Source of the DNA: Bacillota bacterium
Lineage (GTDB): Bacteria; Bacillota; Clostridia; Tissierellales; Sedimentibacteraceae
Direction: 5' to 3'
Assembly (NCBI GenBank): GCA_023453025.1
Contig: JAEXUD010000058.1
Location: 907-64,906, forward strand
DNA length: 64,000 nucleotides
Part shown: piece by piece, positions 10,547 through 20,188 of the stretch
How positions within the stretch are numbered: position 1 is the first letter of the stretch
Layout: each line of letters begins with the position of its first letter
Translations under genes and position numbers: made by a program
Notes under the pieces: model-generated
The model's input: only the letters and a program-made list of their open reading frames with translations
Databases searched by the model: none
What the model was told of the DNA's origin: nothing

Positions 10547-12079
10547 TTACATTAACGGTGCAAATATCTTTAGTATTGTTCTTATGATTTTTCTTATACT
10601 CGATATACCCTGCACCTGCTCAATGGTTATCTTCTCACTGAGCTCTAAGGCTTTTAATGTACTGTTTTTAACTTGTTCAACACTTTTGGTATTATACATC
10701 CAGACACCGCATTCAAAATGCAGGTACAAGCTTCTGTAGTCAAGATTGATTGTACCTACCACCGCGTAGCAGTCATCCACAACAAATGTCTTGCCATGAC
10801 AGAAGCCTGGTGTATATTGATAGATTGATACACCATCTTCTAAAAGCTCCGCATAACTGGACTGAGTCACAGCAAAGGCAGATTTTTTATCAGGTATTTT
10901 GGGAGTAAGGATTCTTACATCAACTCCTCTTTTAGCGGCCAGGGACAATGCAACCATCATTTTATTATCTGCTATCAGGTACGGTGTTTCTATATATATA
11001 TATTTCTGTGCCTGATTTATTAAGTTTAAATATACGGCTTCACTGGCATGCTCATCGTCTAAGGGGCTGTCGTCAAATGGCTGTACATATCCGCAGCAAT
11101 TAGATTTGTTGGTAATCTCAACCGGCATAAATTTATTGTAATCTTCCTTTGATTTCCTCAGGTAGGTCCACATGGACAAAAACATAACTGTGAAACTCCA
11201 CACTGCATCCCCTTGTATTTTAATTGCACTGTCTCTCCAGTGTCCGAATCTTTCCCTTGCATTGATATACTCATCAGCTATGTTTGCACCGCCCGTAAAA
11301 GCGGATTTTCCGTCTATAACCACTATTTTCCTGTGGTCTCTGTTATTTAGCCTCAAGGATAAAACGGGAATTAACGGATTAAACACACCGCACTTGATAC
11401 CCATCTCCTCCAGTTTTCTGTTATACCTTGAGGGCAGCTTGAACAAGCATCCAAAATCATCATAAATAATTCTCACATCAACATTATTCTTAGCTTTGTC
11501 TTTTAAAATATCCAGAATTGTATCCCACATTATACCTTCTTCAATTATGAAAAACTCAAGAAATATGTATTTTTCCGCACTCTTGAGCTCCGCTACAAGC
11601 TCCTCGTAAAATGCTTCTCCTGAAGGAAGGAATTCTGTTGAGGAATTATTATACACAGGACACAGCGTGTATTTTTCTATGTACTTGCTTTGATTATAAG
11701 CTATTGTGTTTTCAGTTTGAAGCTGTCCTAATGTTTCATGGTTTTGGTGAAATGACTCCTTCATTTTATCTGTTATTTGTGACATGGTTTTTTTCATTCT
11801 GCCTGTTAATCCTGTACCGCCCAGCATCAAATAAAGAAGCCCTCCGAAAATGGGAAAAATCGCTATTGGAATTATCCATGCTATCTTGTATGCAGGGTCG
11901 CTTCTGCTGTTTAAAATATACAGCATTGCAAGAATGCTTATAACTGTAAAAATGACATCAAAAATAACAAAATAATTGCTGAATCTCCAAATTATGATTA
12001 TTATTGATAAAAGCTGTGCAAGTATTGAAAGTGTAAGAAGCACAAGTCTGTTAAACAGGATATTTTTTATGTTTTGCAT
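10547..12079 (-). CDS. cls: Cardiolipin synthase
   Basis: Two PLD HKD motifs (HRKIVVID, HGKTFVVD), N-terminal TMs; ATG 12079 follows SD GGAG. Confidence 0.93.
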   Translation of the reverse strand: MQNIKNILFNRLVLLTLSILAQLLSIIIIIWRFSNYFVIFDVIFTVISILAMLYILNSRSDPAYKIAWIIPIAIFPIFGGLLYLMLGGTGLTGRMKKTMSQITDKMKESFHQNHETLGQLQTENTIAYNQSKYIEKYTLCPVYNNSSTEFLPSGEAFYEELVAELKSAEKYIFLEFFIIEEGIMWDTILDILKDKAKNNVDVRIIYDDFGCLFKLPSRYNRKLEEMGIKCGVFNPLIPVLSLRLNNRDHRKIVVIDGKSAFTGGANIADEYINARERFGHWRDSAIKIQGDAVWSFTVMFLSMWTYLRKSKEDYNKFMPVEITNKSNCCGYVQPFDDSPLDDEHASEAVYLNLINQAQKYIYIETPYLIADNKMMVALSLAAKRGVDVRILTPKIPDKKSAFAVTQSSYAELLEDGVSIYQYTPGFCHGKTFVVDDCYAVVGTINLDYRSLYLHFECGVWMYNTKSVEQVKNSTLKALELSEKITIEQVQGISSIRKIIRTILKIFAPLM

Positions 12080-12171
12080 ACTAACTCCAAATAGATACAT
12101 AATTTTTAAAAAATATTAAGTAAATTGTATCAAAAATTAAACCATTTGTAAATATGTCCCATGAAAAAGGA

Positions 12172-12194
12172 AAAGGCCGCTCAAGGCGGCCTTT
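12172..12194 (-). terminator. Intrinsic terminator after the second cstA
   Basis: AAAGGCCGC-tcaag-GCGGCCTTT. Confidence 0.8.
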
Positions 12195-12204
12195 AAATCA
12201 CAAT

Positions 12205-13692
12205 TTATGATAAAACATTTTTTAAAATATGCTCTTTTTCTGATTGACCATGTTTTTTAATAAAGAAGAAGTATCCTACTACAAACACTACTGCAAGTAT
12301 CATAGAAGCCATATAGCTTGTCGGTTCTAATCCTAATCTTTCGTCAAGCTTCAATCCTATCGGTGCGTGGAATATAAAGCTTAATGTTACAAAGATGTAG
12401 AACATGCCCGGAATCAATGATACAAAGTAATTCTTTCCTTGTGTATATAAATAAACTGAAATTGTTCCTAATGCAAATGTAGCAACAAATTGGTTTGTAA
12501 ATGCAAAGTATCTCCATAAAATATTAAATCCCTGAGGGCTTAATTTCGCATAGTACAGTACTAACACTGCAGGTACAAACAAACAAGCTGTTGTTATTAT
12601 TCTGTTTTTTGCAACCTTCTGGTTAATGTTAAATTGTTCAGAAACCATAAGTCTTAATGATCTGAATGCTGTATCGCCCGATGTTATAGGTAATACTATA
12701 ACTCCGATAACTGCTATCATTCCGCCTATTGCTCCCAGGAACTCTCTTGATACCAATCCAACTACCAATGTTGGTGATGTTGCCATATCAGTTCCTCTTC
12801 CGAACAATACCATTGCTCCTGCTGCCCAGCACATAGCTATAAATCCTTCAACAATCATCATATTAAAGAATGTCATTTTACCTTCTTTTTCACTCTTTAC
12901 TGTTCTGGAAATCAGTGTAGCCTGTGTTGCATGGAAGCCTGACATTATACCGCATGCAACGGTGATAAAGAATACAGGTATAAACGGTAATTTACCGGGA
13001 TGCATGCTAAACATATTGCCGGATAATGATAAATTGGTAAGATTTGCTCCGCCGTCTAACATTACACCTACAAATATTCCAATAGCTGAGACAATCAGGA
13101 AGCCTCCGAATATGGGATAAACTCTGCCGATTATGGCGTCTATAGGGAACAGTGTAGCAATTAAATAATAAACAAATATTCCGCCGTAAACTATCCAAAC
13201 TACCGGATTACTAACAGCCGCTTCTTGTCCTAATACTTGGGTAACGATCAGGTCTCCAGGTGTATAAACAAATACAACACCAACAAGGAACATAAGAATC
13301 CACAGGAAGAAATTATATAATTTTATTGCTTTATTTCCTAAATATTTTTTAATTAATTTAGGCATTTGTGCTCCGCCATTTCTCATAGAAATCATTCCTG
13401 AGAAATAGTCATGCATTGAACCTGCCAATACGCAGCCTACAGGTATTGTTATAAACGCTATAGGTCCAAACAAAATTCCTTGAATTGCTCCGAATATAGG
13501 TCCTGTTCCTGCTATATTAAGCAATTGAATCAATGAGTTTTTCCATTTTTTCATTACGACGAAGTCTACTCCGTCTGCTTTGGTAATCGCAGGTGTTTCT
13601 CTGTCATCCGGGCCAAATACGCCTTCGCAGTACTTTCCATAAAAATACCCGCCTACAATAAGAATGATAATTCCGATTATAAATGTAGTCAT
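12205..13692 (-). CDS. cstA: Carbon starvation CstA family transporter (short subfamily)
   Basis: DGVDFV, IQLLNIAGTGPIFG, ACGIMSGFHATQ, ITSGDTAFR. Confidence 0.9.
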   Translation of the reverse strand: MTTFIIGIIILIVGGYFYGKYCEGVFGPDDRETPAITKADGVDFVVMKKWKNSLIQLLNIAGTGPIFGAIQGILFGPIAFITIPVGCVLAGSMHDYFSGMISMRNGGAQMPKLIKKYLGNKAIKLYNFFLWILMFLVGVVFVYTPGDLIVTQVLGQEAAVSNPVVWIVYGGIFVYYLIATLFPIDAIIGRVYPIFGGFLIVSAIGIFVGVMLDGGANLTNLSLSGNMFSMHPGKLPFIPVFFITVACGIMSGFHATQATLISRTVKSEKEGKMTFFNMMIVEGFIAMCWAAGAMVLFGRGTDMATSPTLVVGLVSREFLGAIGGMIAVIGVIVLPITSGDTAFRSLRLMVSEQFNINQKVAKNRIITTACLFVPAVLVLYYAKLSPQGFNILWRYFAFTNQFVATFALGTISVYLYTQGKNYFVSLIPGMFYIFVTLSFIFHAPIGLKLDERLGLEPTSYMASMILAVVFVVGYFFFIKKHGQSEKEHILKNVLS

Positions 13693-13781
13693 GCTACCTC
13701 CTAGATGTAATTAATATCGAGCATAAACCTTTAAATATAATAAAAAGTGCTAAAAAAAGTTGAAAGGTTTATTGCTTTAAG

Positions 13782-13810
13782 ATGTTAACACATCCGACAA
13801 TTTTCGTCAA
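13782..13810 (-). promoter_or_regulatory. SigA promoter of the second cstA
   Basis: TTGACG-N17-TAACAT with TG extension. Confidence 0.6.
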
Positions 13811-13957
13811 TATTTTTAATTTCTAATTATTCTAAATATTGTAAAAACATTTGCAGATATTATTAAGCAGGTACATTTGATTTTTGTTCCGCGCTTAGCT
13901 AAGGGAGGCATTTGAGGGGTTATACACAGCTATTATAATATTATATAAATTTTACAT

Positions 13958-13994
13958 AAAAAAACAACCTCTCACATTATGAAAGGCTGTTTTT
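13958..13994 (-). terminator. Intrinsic terminator after the first cstA
   Basis: Imperfect hairpin AAAACAACCT..AGGCTGTTTT with A/T tracts. Confidence 0.6.
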
Positions 13995-14001
13995 ATCTTA
14001 A

Positions 14002-15621
14002 TTAATTCGATTCAGATGTATCCTTTAATTCATCCTTCTTAAAGATTATGCCATAGCCTTCTTTAGCAAGTATGATTGCAAGTACAAACAATAGAAGCGG
14101 GAATATAACCAGTATATAATTTCCTGCAGCAAGGTTTGATTTGATTAAAAGTACCAGAGCGGTAAGTGTAACACCCAGCATGAATATCATTGGTATTGTA
14201 AGCATATGATAATTCTTTCCAGTATTCTTTAACCAAACAGCAATTGCCAACAATGATAAAGCGGCTAACAATTGATTTGCCGAGCCGAATATAGGCCAAA
14301 TCTTAGCATATCCGCCTGCAGCAAGGTATCCACCTATCAATACAGTTATAGCAGTTGAAACATACATATTTGTAAATACGGATTGTTTTTCTTTTTCAGG
14401 ATTATCAAAGAATTCCTGGAATATAAATCTTCCAAGTCTTGTAGCAGTATCCAGACTTGTTAAAGCAAAAGCTGATACTGCCAAGGCAACAAATGATTTA
14501 CCAATATCAAAAGGAATACCAAATTTACTCATAAATGTTCCGACACCGCTTGAGAATACATTTACAGGTCCGCCTTTTAACAATTCTGTCAATTCACCGT
14601 TAGAAACATATGCTGCTGTAATAAGAGCAATTACTGCCAATACACCCTCAACAAGCATTGCTCCGTAACCTATTACTTTTGTATCTTTTTCATTATCAAC
14701 CTGCTTAGATGTAGTTCCTGAGCCAACCAGTGAGTGGAAGCCTGAAATAGCACCGCATGCAACTATAACGAACAGCATAGGGAACATGAATTGACCGTTT
14801 ACATTAAATGCAGTTACTGCCGGAAGCTGAATAGAAGGTCTGTAAACCAGCAAGCCTATAACTGCTCCTGCAATCATAGCATACAGCAAGAATGAATTCA
14901 GGTAGTCTCTTGGCTGCAGCAAGATCCATACAGGTGCTGTAGAAGCCACAAATATATAAACCATCAAAATAAGTATCCACATATTCAAGCTTAATTGAAT
15001 CGGGAATAAATATCCTAAATAAACAGCTAAGAACAGTAAAACCACACCGACAACCGTACCTGCCATCAAGGACATTCCCTTTCTGTATACAGCATAACCA
15101 AATATAATTGCCAGAATAATAAACATCATTGAAGATGAAGCTGCTGCCGGTACAGCCGCAAAGGTACTTGCTACTATGTTTGTGAAAGCTGCAACTACCA
15201 ATAATAATGTAAGCCATGCAAATATTGAGAATAACTGCATTCCCTTTTTACCCATATTTGTGTGGATTACTTCACCGATTGATTTTCCTTTGTGACGAAC
15301 AGAAGCAAACAATGAACCAAAGTCATGAACTCCACCTACGAATATACTTCCTATAACAATCCATAAGAATACCGGTACCCATCCAAATATTGCTGCTTGT
15401 ATAGGTCCGTTGATTGGGCCGGCTCCGGCTATAGAAGCAAAGTGATGCCCCATAAGAACAGCGGGCTTTGCCGGAACATAGTCGACACCATCATTGATTT
15501 CGTGTGCAGGAGTTTTTCTGGTTGGATCAACGCCCCATTGTTTGGCTAACCAAGCACCATAAGTTACATACGCTACAATAAATACACCAATACTAACAAT
15601 AACGAGTAGCAATGCGTTCAT
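14002..15621 (-). CDS. cstA: Carbon starvation protein A (peptide/pyruvate transporter family)
   Basis: DGVDYVP, GHHFASIAGAGPINGP, ACGAISGFHSLV, TSLDTATRLGR, WPIFGSANQLLA. Confidence 0.95.
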   Translation of the reverse strand: MNALLLVIVSIGVFIVAYVTYGAWLAKQWGVDPTRKTPAHEINDGVDYVPAKPAVLMGHHFASIAGAGPINGPIQAAIFGWVPVFLWIVIGSIFVGGVHDFGSLFASVRHKGKSIGEVIHTNMGKKGMQLFSIFAWLTLLLVVAAFTNIVASTFAAVPAAASSSMMFIILAIIFGYAVYRKGMSLMAGTVVGVVLLFLAVYLGYLFPIQLSLNMWILILMVYIFVASTAPVWILLQPRDYLNSFLLYAMIAGAVIGLLVYRPSIQLPAVTAFNVNGQFMFPMLFVIVACGAISGFHSLVGSGTTSKQVDNEKDTKVIGYGAMLVEGVLAVIALITAAYVSNGELTELLKGGPVNVFSSGVGTFMSKFGIPFDIGKSFVALAVSAFALTSLDTATRLGRFIFQEFFDNPEKEKQSVFTNMYVSTAITVLIGGYLAAGGYAKIWPIFGSANQLLAALSLLAIAVWLKNTGKNYHMLTIPMIFMLGVTLTALVLLIKSNLAAGNYILVIFPLLLFVLAIILAKEGYGIIFKKDELKDTSESN

Positions 15622-15677
15622 AAATAATCCTCCTTATAATAAAATTAAAACGATTGCAATTTGTTAAGCAAATGGAA

Positions 15678-16181
15678 CTAAATATTATAAATAGAGCTGA
15701 CCTCCTTTCCTTTTTTATTGGTTGCTATTAAACCTTCATTAAGGGATACTAATATTAAACGTATATCAGCCCAACCCTTAAATCCAAATGCGAAACCCTT
15801 ATTATACTTGAATTGTTCAATTTTTTTTCTTATGTGTTCTAAATTATCTTGATGGATTCTATCTGTTACAACAACTCCTGTTATAATGCTTGACATGTGT
15901 TCATTAGATGGTTTTACTATTGATTCGATTGAATTGATTAAAGATTTTGTAAATGTATCATAATTATCTGCATTAAATTCTTTGTAATATTTCATTAAGC
16001 AGTATTCGTTATTTTCAAAAGCATAGACTGTAGCCTTTTTTACAAGAATATATTTTTCATTTCTCAGATAATACCTTGCAAATAAATCATACGTGTAATT
16101 ATTTAAAATATAATTTCTGGTTATATCAAAACTGTTTTGCAATTTATATTCTATGTTGTCTAAATATTGTGCAAACTCCAT
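15678..16181 (-). CDS. Hypothetical protein, co-oriented and likely co-transcribed with cstA
   Basis: 167-aa ORF with SD GAGGGG; no motif recognised. Confidence 0.75.
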   Translation of the reverse strand: MEFAQYLDNIEYKLQNSFDITRNYILNNYTYDLFARYYLRNEKYILVKKATVYAFENNEYCLMKYYKEFNADNYDTFTKSLINSIESIVKPSNEHMSSIITGVVVTDRIHQDNLEHIRKKIEQFKYNKGFAFGFKGWADIRLILVSLNEGLIATNKKGKEVSSIYNI

Positions 16182-16239
16182 TTCTGCCCCTCTAATATTA
16201 AATTATAATTACTGACTGCATTAATATCCTTGTACTTGT

Positions 16240-16268
16240 ATTTTATCACTTTTGGTAATTTCCGTCAA
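16240..16268 (-). promoter_or_regulatory. SigA promoter for hypothetical-cstA
   Basis: TTGACG-N17-TAAAAT with TG extension. Confidence 0.7.
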
Positions 16269-16285
16269 TGGTGTTTTTAACTTTA

Positions 16286-16314
16286 TTGACATTTGCTGCT
16301 TACTAAAATATAAT
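16286..16314 (+). promoter_or_regulatory. Consensus SigA promoter for the small protein-ArsA pair
   Basis: TTGACA-N17-TATAAT. Confidence 0.85.
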
Positions 16315-16371
16315 TTATTATAAGTATTTTTTACAAAATAATCATATTACATAGATGGGGGAGATATAGAA

Positions 16372-16665
16372 TTGGCAAATAATAAGCTGTATGAAATATT
16401 AAACAACATTAAGCTTTTCTTCCAGGCTGCCACAGACTTTAACAGAAGATCCAAGGCACTTCTGATAAAGGAAGCACATAATGAAATGGATGACTTTATT
16501 CTTCTTTGCTTTGGAGACCTGTTAGGAATACCTATTCCCACAACTTATTACTCACTTGAGCTTTTGCCCCTGATTTCAGAGGATTTAGACGGGTGGCAGA
16601 ACAGAATGATAAGCAGATTGTACGTATGGCAGGAAAAATGGGCGGATTATGGTTTTGATGCATAG
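16372..16665 (+). CDS. Small protein resembling the CstA/ArsA-associated cory-CC-star family, lacking the terminal CC
   Basis: DDFILLCFGDLLGIPIPTTYYSLELLP...W..RM; TTG start with SD GGGGGAG; context between cstA and ArsA. Confidence 0.7.
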   Translation: MANNKLYEILNNIKLFFQAATDFNRRSKALLIKEAHNEMDDFILLCFGDLLGIPIPTTYYSLELLPLISEDLDGWQNRMISRLYVWQEKWADYGFDA

Positions 16666-16673
16666 GAGGAGCT

Positions 16674-17609
16674 ATGAATAAAATTATTTTTTTCGGCGGC
16701 AAGGGCGGAGTGGGAAAAACAACCTGCAGTGCTTCTTATGCCGTACACGAAGCGAAAAAAGGTTTAAAAACACTGCTTGTTTCAACAGACCCGGCACACT
16801 CGACCTCAGATATTTTTGAAAAACAAATCAATGATGAAATAACTGGTCTGATGCCTAATCTGGATGCATTGGAAATAAGCGGCGAAAAAGAAAGCAAGCA
16901 ATATATGGACAGTGTCAGATTAAGCCTCAAGCAAATTGTGAGTCCCGTTATTGTTAAGGAAATAAACAAGCAGATAGACGCCGCATCCATATCCCCAGGA
17001 ACCGAGGAAGCGGCATTATTCGACAAGATGATTGAAATAATTATCGAAAAATCAGAAGAATATGACAGGATAATATTTGATACGGCGCCAACAGGCCATA
17101 CGGTGAGACTTTTATCCCTGCCTGAGCTTTTGGGCTCATGGCTTGACAGCCTGATAGCCAAAAGAAGCAAATCCGTAAATCTCATGTCAATGGCTCTCAA
17201 AGGCCGGAAAGCATCGGACCAGGATTTGGGAAACGATGAAGTTATTAAGGTTTTAAGAAAAAGATATGATAAAGTTTCCAAGGCAAAAAAAATTATAATG
17301 GATGATAAGCTGCTGTCTTTTATATTTGTAATTAACGCAGAAAAGCTTCCTATAGATGAGACCATAAAGGCAATAGGTATTTTGGAAAAATATAATATAT
17401 CCGTAGGCGGAATTATTGTCAATAAAATACTTCCGGACAACATGCAGGATGAGTTCTGGAAAAATAAAAAAGAACAGGAACAAAAATATTTAAATATTAT
17501 AGAAGATACATTTAAAAACAAAAAAATATTCAAGCTTCCGTTGCAGCAGGAGGATATGAAATCAAACAACATTGAAATAATTGCAGATATGTTTAATGAG
17601 TTTATTTAA
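16674..17609 (+). CDS. ArsA/Get3 (TRC40) family ATPase, single domain
   Basis: GGKGGVGKTT, STDPAH, DTAPTGH. Confidence 0.92.
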   Translation: MNKIIFFGGKGGVGKTTCSASYAVHEAKKGLKTLLVSTDPAHSTSDIFEKQINDEITGLMPNLDALEISGEKESKQYMDSVRLSLKQIVSPVIVKEINKQIDAASISPGTEEAALFDKMIEIIIEKSEEYDRIIFDTAPTGHTVRLLSLPELLGSWLDSLIAKRSKSVNLMSMALKGRKASDQDLGNDEVIKVLRKRYDKVSKAKKIIMDDKLLSFIFVINAEKLPIDETIKAIGILEKYNISVGGIIVNKILPDNMQDEFWKNKKEQEQKYLNIIEDTFKNKKIFKLPLQQEDMKSNNIEIIADMFNEFI

Positions 17610-17644
17610 ATATTTATATCAAGTTCACTGTAAAATTAATTAAT

Positions 17645-17683
17645 AAATGCACCTCATACATGTTGTGAAAGAGATGCATTTTT
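17645..17683 (+). terminator. Intrinsic terminator after the ArsA-family gene
   Basis: AAATGCACCTC..GAGATGCATTTTT hairpin. Confidence 0.6.
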
Positions 17684-17934
17684 GTTACTATTCACAGTCA
17701 AAGTCAAGGTGAAAAATAAGAAAAATATCCGCTCACGGTTTCGGACACGAATAATTCTAAAGCTCATTGCGGATAAAAATCCTACAGCTTGCAAACTCGC
17801 TGACGCTCAAACAATGCAAGCTGCTTAACAGATTTTTACCCTCCATTCGCTAAGAATTATAATCGTGTCCTGCAAATGTTCGCTATATATTTTTCTTATT
17901 TTTCTTTAAAGTTATGAATATTGTGAATAGTAAC
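17684..17934. mobile_element. 251-bp palindromic MITE/REPIN-like element
   Basis: 13-bp perfect terminal IR GTTACTATTCACA, nested internal IRs, flanking 8-bp near-duplication GCATTTTT/GCATTCTT, no ORF. Confidence 0.7.
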
Positions 17935-17949
17935 GCATTCTTTTTTTCT

Positions 17950-18759
17950 TTATTTTCCTTTTTTCGCATACATGCTTAACGAATACGAAAGCATGAAGCT
18001 CAAAATTAATATCAATATGTTCGATAAATAATAAAAAGAAAATTCAAAGCCCGGAAATATTGATATTATTGATCCGAGAACCAGTCCTAAAATCGCATAA
18101 TATGTAAAACCATACGCTTTTGAAAAAAGCATAGAAATTAACTTTGCAAATAATAAAACACTTAGAACAAACCCAATTCCTAAAAAAATAATGATTTCAA
18201 GCTGCAGATTTGATATTGCTGCGATTACAATTTCATAAGCTCCGATATACATCAAAATTATAGATGCGCTGATACCCGGTATTATAGTTCCAAAGCCAAT
18301 TATAATTCCATAAATTATTACGTGGACAGCACCGGTTCCGGCTTCGTTGATTATATTGACAGAATGATGTTCAAGATATGTGATAACAAGAGTTAAACAT
18401 AATGAAATGATAAATGGTATTAGATATCTTTGCTTAAATCCCTTTTTATTTGCTTCTTTTATTACAGTGGGCAGAGTTCCCAGCATAAGCCCGACAAAAG
18501 CATATCTCACTTCTGTTTCATAGTGCCGGAAAAGGAATTCAATAATTCTGCTGAATGCCAATATACCAACTACCGAACCAATTCCTATCGGAATGAAAAA
18601 AAGCAGATTAGCCATAAAATTTTTATTTATATGTGCAATAAAATCAGTTATTTTATCATATAGTCCAAATATTACTGCCAATGCTCCTCCGCTTACTCCC
18701 GGAGCAATGGCACCTGCTCCCATTACAATTCCCTTTAAAAACCCTGATAAAAAATTCAT
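17950..18759 (-). CDS. DUF368 family membrane protein (undecaprenyl-phosphate translocase-like)
   Basis: Duplicated PGVSGG / PGISAS motifs, multi-TM. Confidence 0.88.
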   Translation of the reverse strand: MNFLSGFLKGIVMGAGAIAPGVSGGALAVIFGLYDKITDFIAHINKNFMANLLFFIPIGIGSVVGILAFSRIIEFLFRHYETEVRYAFVGLMLGTLPTVIKEANKKGFKQRYLIPFIISLCLTLVITYLEHHSVNIINEAGTGAVHVIIYGIIIGFGTIIPGISASIILMYIGAYEIVIAAISNLQLEIIIFLGIGFVLSVLLFAKLISMLFSKAYGFTYYAILGLVLGSIISIFPGFEFSFYYLSNILILILSFMLSYSLSMYAKKGK

Positions 18760-18878
18760 TATATCACACACCTTAAGTCAATTTTTTCCTTATATTTAAT
18801 TATATAGAATAAATCAAGTATTATCAATATAATTTCCAAAACGTTTATATGATATTCTTCACTGCGTTCAGAATGACA

Positions 18879-20126
18879 CTATATTTTATGCATTTTTGCT
18901 GCCTTATTAAATACAAAATAACCAATAATAAACATTAAAGCGATAAAGGCAACTCCTGTTTTAGAATTTCCGCTTATTTGTGTTGTCACTCCCATCAGAA
19001 ACGCCCCGGTAAAGGATGCTCCCTTACCGAAAATATCATAAAATCCAAAATATTCGCTTGATTCTTCTTTAGGTATAATTCTGGCAAAATATGAGCGGGA
19101 AAGAGCCTGTATAGCACCCTGAAACATTGCTACGCACACAGCCAAAAACCAGAATTCCCACGCCCTGTCAAGCTGCAGCGCAAATATTGCTATTAAAAAG
19201 TACCCTATAATGCTTATATTTATTAGGTCCTTTGTCTTGTATTTTTTTGAAAGCTTTCCGAATAACATCGCAAAGGGGAATGCCACAACCTGAGTCAATA
19301 AAAGCGCAAACAGCAGGCTGTTGTCACTTATGCCCACATCCTTGCCGTAGGATGTTGCCATTTCAATTATTGTATAAACTCCGTCAATATAGAAAAAGAA
19401 GGCAAGCAGGAAGGTAAAAATTTCTTTATGATTTTTAATATCCTTAAAAGTATTTTTCAAACGTATGAAAGCAATTTTTAAAGCATCTCTTTCTGCCTCC
19501 ACATAATGAATTTGCTTGTAATTCTTGTATAATGGAATTGTAACTGCAAACCACCATAATGCGTTTAGCAAAAAAGCAATTTTTGTTGCAGTACCGGTAG
19601 TTAAATACAGCTTGTCCGCAAATAATATTATTGCAAGGCTTATTGTAAAAGGAATACAGCTTCCGATATATCCCCAGGCATATCCCAGCGAAGATAATAA
19701 GTCCATTCTGTCATCTGTAGTAACATCCGAAAGCATAGCATCGTAAAAAATCAAGCTTCCGGATACTCCTACCTTGGCAGCTACAAATACAAAAAGAAAG
19801 GCCAGCCATGAAAGATTGACGGATAATGCAGCGCAGCCTATAACTCCAAGCATCATCAGCATGGTGAACAAGGGTTTTTTATATCCTTTAGTATCAGCAA
19901 GTGTTCCCAGTATAGGTCCCAGTATTGCTACTATCAGCGTTGAAACTGATATTGCATAGCCCCAATAAGCTGTTGAATTTGCAGGAGATATTCCTTCAGC
20001 CGCCGCTATATTTTTAAAATAAATAGGTATAATTGTTGATACAAGCAATATAAATGCCGAATTCCCCACATCATACAAAATCCAATATTTTTCCAAGGGC
20101 GTTAATTTACTTTCAGGTTTAAGCAT
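18879..20126 (-). CDS. MFS transporter (Atg22/UMF1-like)
   Basis: WILYDVGNSAF, QALSRSYFARIIP, FGFYDIFGK; 12-TM pattern. Confidence 0.88.
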   Translation of the reverse strand: MLKPESKLTPLEKYWILYDVGNSAFILLVSTIIPIYFKNIAAAEGISPANSTAYWGYAISVSTLIVAILGPILGTLADTKGYKKPLFTMLMMLGVIGCAALSVNLSWLAFLFVFVAAKVGVSGSLIFYDAMLSDVTTDDRMDLLSSLGYAWGYIGSCIPFTISLAIILFADKLYLTTGTATKIAFLLNALWWFAVTIPLYKNYKQIHYVEAERDALKIAFIRLKNTFKDIKNHKEIFTFLLAFFFYIDGVYTIIEMATSYGKDVGISDNSLLFALLLTQVVAFPFAMLFGKLSKKYKTKDLINISIIGYFLIAIFALQLDRAWEFWFLAVCVAMFQGAIQALSRSYFARIIPKEESSEYFGFYDIFGKGASFTGAFLMGVTTQISGNSKTGVAFIALMFIIGYFVFNKAAKMHKI

Positions 20127-20188
20127 AACCTTCTCCTTTGTTTATGAATTTTATTAAAACTGTCTCATCAGAGACAGCTGATATTATG

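Noticed and set aside
16736..17572. 278-aa antisense ORF over the ArsA-family gene
   Set aside because: Shadow frame of a well-supported gene; Ser/Ile/Phe-rich with no SD or motif
16674..17609. Arsenic-resistance operon
   Set aside because: No arsB/acr3/arsC/arsD/arsR nearby; single-domain ATPase without the metalloid-binding Cys set
17684..17934. CRISPR array or known riboswitch
   Set aside because: It consists of nested inverted repeats with no repeat-spacer periodicity, and lies between convergent 3' ends
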